Shown here: one piece after another, positions 7,211 to 12,082 of the stretch
How the letters are laid out: every line of letters starts with the position of its first letter
How positions within the stretch are numbered: position 1 is the first letter of the stretch
NCBI GenBank assembly: GCA_034722955.1
Contig: JAYEOM010000084.1
Span: 1 to 12,082, forward strand
From: Campylobacterota bacterium
GTDB lineage: Bacteria > Campylobacterota > Campylobacteria > Campylobacterales > Sulfurovaceae
DNA: 12,082 nt
Direction of reading: 5' to 3'
Translations under genes and position numbers: made by a program
The notes under the pieces: generated by a model
The model's database searches: none
What the model saw: only the letters and a program-made list of their open reading frames with translations
Told to the model about the DNA's origin: nothing

Positions 7211-7855
7211 GTGCAGAAAAAACAGGTGATTTTATTTGATCTTGATGGTACGCTGATAGATTCAACAGAGGCGATTTTGGAGAGTTTTGATCAAGCTTTT
7301 AAATATTTTGATCTAGAGACACCCCCTTCAGAGGATATCACGGCAGAGATCGGGCATCCGCTTGATGTGATGTTTCTCTCTTTGGGTGTCAACAAAGCAG
7401 AGATATGGGAGTATGTAGCAGTCTACAAAGTACACTATCGTAAGATCAGCAGAGAGAAGACATCTCTGCTGCCTGGTGCTAGAGAGGCGGTAGAGAGGGC
7501 ATCTCAAATTGCCAGACTTGGAGTAGTCACGACTAAAACAGCAAAATATTCAATTGAGTTACTGGAGTACTTTGATCTGATGGAGTACTTTGAAGTATTG
7601 ATAGGAAGAGAAGATGTAGAGCACCCCAAGCCGCATCCTGAGCCTCTGCTTAAAGCTTTGTCGGAGTTGAAACTCGAAACATATGAGTGTTGGATGATTG
7701 GTGATACATGCATGGATATGATAGCAGCACAATCAGCAGGAGTCAATGGTATTGCTGTAACTTCCGGTTATGGTTTGAGAGAGCAGTTATCAGAGTGCTC
7801 TTCTCTTGTAACAGAAAGTGCGTTGGATGCAGTCGTTTCTATAACAAGAGATTAA
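7211..7855 (+). CDS. HAD-superfamily hydrolase (phosphoglycolate phosphatase-like)
   Basis: Motif I FDLDGTLIDS, motif II VVTTK, KPHPEP, and motif IV MIGDTCMD. GTG start. Confidence 0.92.
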   Translation: MQKKQVILFDLDGTLIDSTEAILESFDQAFKYFDLETPPSEDITAEIGHPLDVMFLSLGVNKAEIWEYVAVYKVHYRKISREKTSLLPGAREAVERASQIARLGVVTTKTAKYSIELLEYFDLMEYFEVLIGREDVEHPKPHPEPLLKALSELKLETYECWMIGDTCMDMIAAQSAGVNGIAVTSGYGLREQLSECSSLVTESALDAVVSITRD

Positions 7856-7885
7856 AAAATTGTGATTTCAAGCATTCTTTAAGAG

Positions 7886-7894
7886 TGCTAAGAT
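7886..7894 (+). promoter_or_regulatory. Extended -10 promoter (TGnTAAGAT) for the por operon
   Basis: TGCTAAGAT ends 38 nt before ATG 7933. Confidence 0.5.
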
Positions 7895-7932
7895 TACAAT
7901 AAACAGAACACTATATTTTGATAGGAGATAAA

Positions 7933-8496
7933 ATGGTAGAAATAAGATGGCACAGCCGTGCTGGTCAGGGTGCTGTATCTGGTGCAAAAGGTCTAGGAGA
8001 TGTTGTTGCAACCACTGGGAAGGAGGTTCAAGCTTTTGCACTTTATGGTTCAGCAAAAAGAGGGGCTGCGCTGAGAGCCTATAATAGAATTGCTGATGAA
8101 CAGATTTATAATCATGCAAAATTTATGCATCCTGACTTTGTTTTGGTAATTGATCCGGCATTGGCATTTTCAGATAGTATTACTGAAAATGAAGATGAAA
8201 ATACAAAGTATATTATTACCACTCACCTCACTAAAGAGGAGCTGATTGAAGGCATTCCGGAGCTTGAAGGTAAAGAGGATAGAGTTTTTGTTCTTGACTG
8301 TGTGCAGATATCTCTGGATACTATCGGAAGATCAATGCCAAATTCACCTATGCTTGGTGCTTTTGTTAAGATGTCAGGTATGTTTGAGCTTGATTATTTC
8401 CTTGAAAATATGAAAAGAGTACTCAGCAAGTTTCCACCAAAAATTATTGATGCTAATATGGATGCGATTACCAGAGCATATAATGAAGTAAAGTAG
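7933..8496 (+). CDS. porC: Pyruvate:ferredoxin/flavodoxin oxidoreductase gamma subunit
   Basis: Start reassigned to ATG 7933 (AGGAGA SD). EIRWHSRAGQGAV, YGSAKRGA, PDFVLVIDP, PNSPMLGA. Also called porG. Confidence 0.95.
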   Translation: MVEIRWHSRAGQGAVSGAKGLGDVVATTGKEVQAFALYGSAKRGAALRAYNRIADEQIYNHAKFMHPDFVLVIDPALAFSDSITENEDENTKYIITTHLTKEELIEGIPELEGKEDRVFVLDCVQISLDTIGRSMPNSPMLGAFVKMSGMFELDYFLENMKRVLSKFPPKIIDANMDAITRAYNEVK

Positions 8497-8506
8497 AGGA
8501 GTTAAG

Positions 8507-8965
8507 ATGCAAGATTTAAACTTATTGGCAAATGATAACAGAGGACAGAGTGAGCTGGAAAACGGTAGTGGACTTGTCGGTTGGGATGAAGTTACACAAG
8601 GAAGTATTCTACCTTCATTTGTCGGTGATGCGACAGAGATAGTATATCAAAAATCAGAAGAGAGAGTATACTCTAACTACAACACTTATACAGCTACAGT
8701 AGCATCATGGCGTGTAGAGAAGCCAATATTTAATATAGATGTATGTATTGATTGTCAAAACTGTTGGGTATGGTGTCCTGATACATCTATCCTCTCAAGA
8801 GATAAACAGATGCTAGGTATCGACTATGATCACTGTAAAGGGTGTGGTGTTTGTGCAGAGGTTTGTCCTACAAATCCAAAATCACTTATAATGTTCAATG
8901 AGCATGCAGTGTTGGATGAAGCGATTGCTAGTTGGCCAGAGAAAAAGAAAAAAGAAGAGAAGTAA
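8507..8965 (+). CDS. porD: Pyruvate:ferredoxin/flavodoxin oxidoreductase delta subunit (2x[4Fe-4S])
   Basis: SWRVEKP, CIDCQNCWVWCPD and DYDHCKGCGVCAEVCP; GAGGAG SD. Confidence 0.95.
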   Translation: MQDLNLLANDNRGQSELENGSGLVGWDEVTQGSILPSFVGDATEIVYQKSEERVYSNYNTYTATVASWRVEKPIFNIDVCIDCQNCWVWCPDTSILSRDKQMLGIDYDHCKGCGVCAEVCPTNPKSLIMFNEHAVLDEAIASWPEKKKKEEK

Positions 8966-8974
8966 GGAACTGTA

Positions 8975-10210
8975 ATGGCAGAAAAATATGATTTACAAGA
9001 GAGAGAAGTTTGGGATGGCAACTTTGCTTCTTCTCAGGCACTAAGACAAGCACAGGTTGATGTTGTTGCTGCGTATCCTATTACGCCCTCAACACCTATC
9101 GTTGAAAACTATGGTTCATATGTTGCGAACGGATATATAGATGGTGAGTTCGTTATGGTTGAGTCTGAGCATGCTGCTATGTCAGGATGTATCGGTGCTT
9201 CTGCTGCAGGCGGGCGTGTATCTACTGCAACATCTTCACAAGGTTTTGCATTGATGGCAGAGGTACTCTACCAAGCATCTGGTATGAGGCTTCCTATCGT
9301 ACTAAATGTAGTAAATAGAGCTCTTGCTTCTCCGCTCAATGTTCGTGGTGACCATGCCGATATGTATCTAGGGCGTGACTCTGGCTGGATTCAGTTTGGT
9401 GCATTTAATGCACAAGAGGCATACGATCTTGCACTTTGTGCATTTAAGGTTGGTGAAAACCACTCTGTAAGACTTCCGGTAATGGTACACCAAGATGGTT
9501 TCATAACTTCACACACTGCACAAAATGTCTATCCATTGACAGATGAAGCAGCATACAATTTTTTAGGTGACTTTAAACCTGTAGATGATATGTTGGATTT
9601 CTCTCGTCCTGTAACTTATGGTGCACAGACTGAAGAGGATTGGCATTTTGAGCATAAGGCAAAACAACATAAAGCACTAATGGATTCTCGCCCAGTTATC
9701 GATGAGGTATTTGCTGAATTTGAAAAGCTCACAGGCAGAGAGTACAAGAGAGTAGAGTCTTACAATATGGAAGATGCCGATGTAGCTATCGTAGCACTTG
9801 GAACAACAGTTGAGACTGCTAGAGTAGCAGCTGAACAAATCAGAGAAGAGACAGGTGTCAAAGCCGGTGTTGTAGCTATCAGATGCTTCAGACCATTCCC
9901 TTATGATGAGGTTAGAAATGCTTTGGAAAATACAAAATGTATTGCTGTGACAGATCGTTCAAGTCCTGGTGGAGCTATGGGCGCATTCTACAATGAAGTA
10001 TCCGCAGCACTCTACACAACACCATCTAGACCGCTTGTAACAAACTTCATTTATGGACTCGGTGGGCGTGATTTCTCTATCGATGAAGCAAAAAGAATCT
10101 TCACTGAACAGCAGGCACATGCAGATGCTGGTCATATTACAACAGATATCCAACAGTTCTCTGGACTCAGAGGTCCATACCTTGGATACTTTCAAACAAA
10201 AAGAGGTTAA
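8975..10210 (+). CDS. porA: Pyruvate:ferredoxin/flavodoxin oxidoreductase alpha subunit
   Basis: AAYPITPST, VESEHAAMS, TATSSQG, NRAL, RPFP and YGLGGRD motifs. Confidence 0.97.
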   Translation: MAEKYDLQEREVWDGNFASSQALRQAQVDVVAAYPITPSTPIVENYGSYVANGYIDGEFVMVESEHAAMSGCIGASAAGGRVSTATSSQGFALMAEVLYQASGMRLPIVLNVVNRALASPLNVRGDHADMYLGRDSGWIQFGAFNAQEAYDLALCAFKVGENHSVRLPVMVHQDGFITSHTAQNVYPLTDEAAYNFLGDFKPVDDMLDFSRPVTYGAQTEEDWHFEHKAKQHKALMDSRPVIDEVFAEFEKLTGREYKRVESYNMEDADVAIVALGTTVETARVAAEQIREETGVKAGVVAIRCFRPFPYDEVRNALENTKCIAVTDRSSPGGAMGAFYNEVSAALYTTPSRPLVTNFIYGLGGRDFSIDEAKRIFTEQQAHADAGHITTDIQQFSGLRGPYLGYFQTKRG

Positions 10211-10212
10211 AA

Positions 10213-11166
10213 ATGGCAATTACTTCAATAAAAAACTTAAAAGAGTTTTCAACAAATAACGACAGATTTGAGGGTGCACATACTCTCTGTCCCGGTTGTG
10301 CTCACTCTATGATCGTTAGAGAGCTTATGAACTGTACAGATGACAACCTTGTGATTTCATCAAACACTGGTTGTCTAGAGGTATCTACAGCAGTATATCC
10401 ATTTACTTCATGGGATACATCTTGGATCCATATCGGTTTTGAAAATGCAGCTACAGCAGTAACTGGTGCAGAGTCTATGCACAAAGCTAGAAAGAGAAAA
10501 GGGACACTTAAAGACAATGATGCTCCTGTAAAATTCGTTGCTTTTGGTGGTGACGGTTCTACATTTGATATCGGTTTCCAGTGGCTAAGCGGAGCGATGG
10601 AGAGAGGTCATGACTTTACATATATCTGTCTAGACAATGAGAACTATGCAAATACAGGTGGACAGAGATCATCTGCAACACCTATTGGTTCTACAACTTC
10701 AACTGCTCAAGCAGGTACACACAGTTATGGTAAAAAAGAGCAGAAGAAAGATATAGTCTCTATTATGGCGGCTCATGGTGCTCCTTATGTTGCACAGTTA
10801 GCTCCAAACAAATGGAAATCTATGGCGAAAGGTTTTCAAAAAGCACTAGAGACTGAGGGACCATGCTTTATCAATACAGTCTCTCCATGTACAACAGAGT
10901 GGAGATTTGATCCGAAAGATACTATTGCTATTACTGACTTGGCGACAGATTCATTGATGTTCCCAATATATGAGATTATTGATGCTCATGAGCTCAATAT
11001 CCTCTATAGACCTAAAAATATCATTTCAGCTGAAGATTATCTTGGTGCTCAAGGACGATATAAACATCTATTTAAGCCTGAGTATAGACATATTATCGAA
11101 GAGATTCAAAAAGGTATCGACTCAAATTGGGATATGCTACAGCGTCGCGAAGAGGCTCGTATCTAA
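10213..11166 (+). CDS. porB: Pyruvate:ferredoxin/flavodoxin oxidoreductase beta subunit (TPP-binding)
   Basis: LCPGCAH, TGCLEV, GGDG...DNENYANTGGQRS TPP-binding motif, and SPC. Confidence 0.97.
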   Translation: MAITSIKNLKEFSTNNDRFEGAHTLCPGCAHSMIVRELMNCTDDNLVISSNTGCLEVSTAVYPFTSWDTSWIHIGFENAATAVTGAESMHKARKRKGTLKDNDAPVKFVAFGGDGSTFDIGFQWLSGAMERGHDFTYICLDNENYANTGGQRSSATPIGSTTSTAQAGTHSYGKKEQKKDIVSIMAAHGAPYVAQLAPNKWKSMAKGFQKALETEGPCFINTVSPCTTEWRFDPKDTIAITDLATDSLMFPIYEIIDAHELNILYRPKNIISAEDYLGAQGRYKHLFKPEYRHIIEEIQKGIDSNWDMLQRREEARI

Positions 11167-11187
11167 GAGATTTTCTCCCTTTCTTAT

Positions 11188-11206
11188 TACGGCGGTCTCC
11201 GTCGTA
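11188..11206 (+). terminator. Probable terminator or stabilising hairpin after porB
   Basis: TACGGCGG-TCT-CCGTCGTA stem followed by a weak U-rich tail (TTACTTCT). Confidence 0.55.
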
Positions 11207-11423
11207 TTACTTCTATCACTTACCTAATCTGCCTTAAGTTATCTAAAGCTAAGATAAAAATAAGTACAATTTTTTTGGTGATGTAAATGATTGGGCGAGA
11301 TACTCATATTCTATTACTTAAAACTAGAGTCAAGAGCCAAAGGATCATAGAGGTGCTAAATAGTTAATATCGCCAGTGAGGCTATATATAGCAAAATATC
11401 AATCAAAAATATAAAGGAAAAAA

Positions 11424-11900
11424 ATGAAGAGTATAATTTTATCAACAGCAGTTATCGCAACTTTGGGAGTTGCAACATTTGCTATGGCAGAGTCAGTAGC
11501 ACATGCAGAGAAGAGAGTTGCAAAAGAGACAATAAAGACAGAAAAAGCTGCAGTGGAAGAGGTAATCACTGTAGGCAAAAGTGTAAATAAAGCAGAGAAG
11601 AATATGGATAAGGCTATCGCAAAAGAGGCGAATAAGCTCGACAAACTCATCGATAAAGATATAGCTAAAGAGGAGAAAGCTGAAGCAAAGGCTGATAAGA
11701 AAGTGGATAAACTCACCGATAAAAATATAGCTAAAGAGGAGAAAGCTGAAGCAAAGGCTATGAAGAGATTAGAAAAAAAGGCTGAAAAAGAGGCTAAAAA
11801 GATAGAGAAGCAGGCAGTAAAGGCAGCAAAAAAGACAGATAAGGCTGCTGCAAAGCTAGATAAAGCTGTAGAGAAAGAGTTGAAAGCTTCTGTAAAATAG
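11424..11900 (+). CDS. Exported low-complexity Lys/Ala/Glu-rich helical repeat protein, unknown function
   Basis: AAAGGA SD; signal peptide MKSIILSTAVIATLGVATFAMA; the mature part is K/A/E/D-rich with 11-residue periodicity. Confidence 0.85.
   Translation: MKSIILSTAVIATLGVATFAMAESVAHAEKRVAKETIKTEKAAVEEVITVGKSVNKAEKNMDKAIAKEANKLDKLIDKDIAKEEKAEAKADKKVDKLTDKNIAKEEKAEAKAMKRLEKKAEKEAKKIEKQAVKAAKKTDKAAAKLDKAVEKELKASVK
11643..11759 (+). repeat. In-frame tandem duplication, 66-nt period
   Basis: 11643-11693 and 11709-11759 are 51-nt copies with 2 mismatches (KL[I/T]DK[D/N]IAKEEKAEAKA). Confidence 0.9.
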
Positions 11901-11930
11901 ATACACCCTGGAGAGGATATAGGTAAGATA

Positions 11931-12082
11931 ATGGAACTCATAAACGAAGTACTTGAAATAGACACTTTCCTGACTGTCACGCTTGGTATTATTGTACTCT
12001 TTGTTGGCAAACGCGTCAATGAATCTTTTGGGTTTCTCCAAGAGTATAGTATTCCTGAACCAGTTACTGGTGGTTTGATCTT
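11931..12082 (+). CDS. gltS: Sodium/glutamate symporter, 5' part only
   Basis: Not in the ORF track. Hand translation MELINEVLEIDTFLTVTLGIIVLFVGKRVNESFGFLQEYSIPEPVTGGLI carries the GltS N-terminal IPEPVxGGL motif. Confidence 0.88.
   Translation, partial: MELINEVLEIDTFLTVTLGIIVLFVGKRVNESFGFLQEYSIPEPVTGGLI

Noticed and set aside
11320..11365. TCAAGAG...GGTGCTAAAT resembling SAM-I or lysine riboswitch fragments
   Set aside because: The remaining conserved core elements and spacing are absent, and the downstream genes do not fit.
11643..11759. Direct repeat considered as a CRISPR or mobile-element signature
   Set aside because: Only two copies, in frame within a coding sequence, with no cas or transposase genes.
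11921..11934. AGGTAAGATAATGG identical at the starts of gltS and rpmB (2088-2101, minus)
   Set aside because: Mostly SD, A-rich spacer and ATG, so plausibly convergent. No further similarity is visible.
11399..12019. 206-aa minus-strand hydrophobic ORF
   Set aside because: Antisense shadow of the K/A/E-rich gene and gltS; such codons give stop-poor F/L/S-rich reverse frames.

Overview
AT-rich bacterial window with gene content typical of a sulfur-oxidising Campylobacterota (Sulfurovum/Sulfurimonas-like; taxonomy inferred). Left, minus strand: rpmB, a two-TM K+ channel with RCK domains, and argJ (runs off the window). Next are a stand-alone, signal-peptide-bearing caspase-family (C14) protease with a DUF4384-like C-terminus (+) and a convergent type IV-like sulfide:quinone oxidoreductase (-). 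The SQR is followed by a 55-aa ORF missing from the supplied ORF track. On the plus strand follow an orphan peptide-type ABC substrate-binding protein, a HAD phosphatase, the four-subunit pyruvate:ferredoxin/flavodoxin oxidoreductase operon (gamma-delta-alpha-beta), a secreted Lys/Ala/Glu-rich 11-mer-repeat protein and the start of gltS. Best leads: (1) the small Cys/His-His protein apparently co-transcribed with sqr, a candidate SQR accessory subunit; (2) the exported caspase-like protease; (3) an internal SD+ATG in the K+ channel that could make a soluble RCK subunit; (4) two candidate structured 5' leaders. No mobile element, CRISPR array, tRNA or rRNA was seen. All family assignments come from motif recognition, not database searches.
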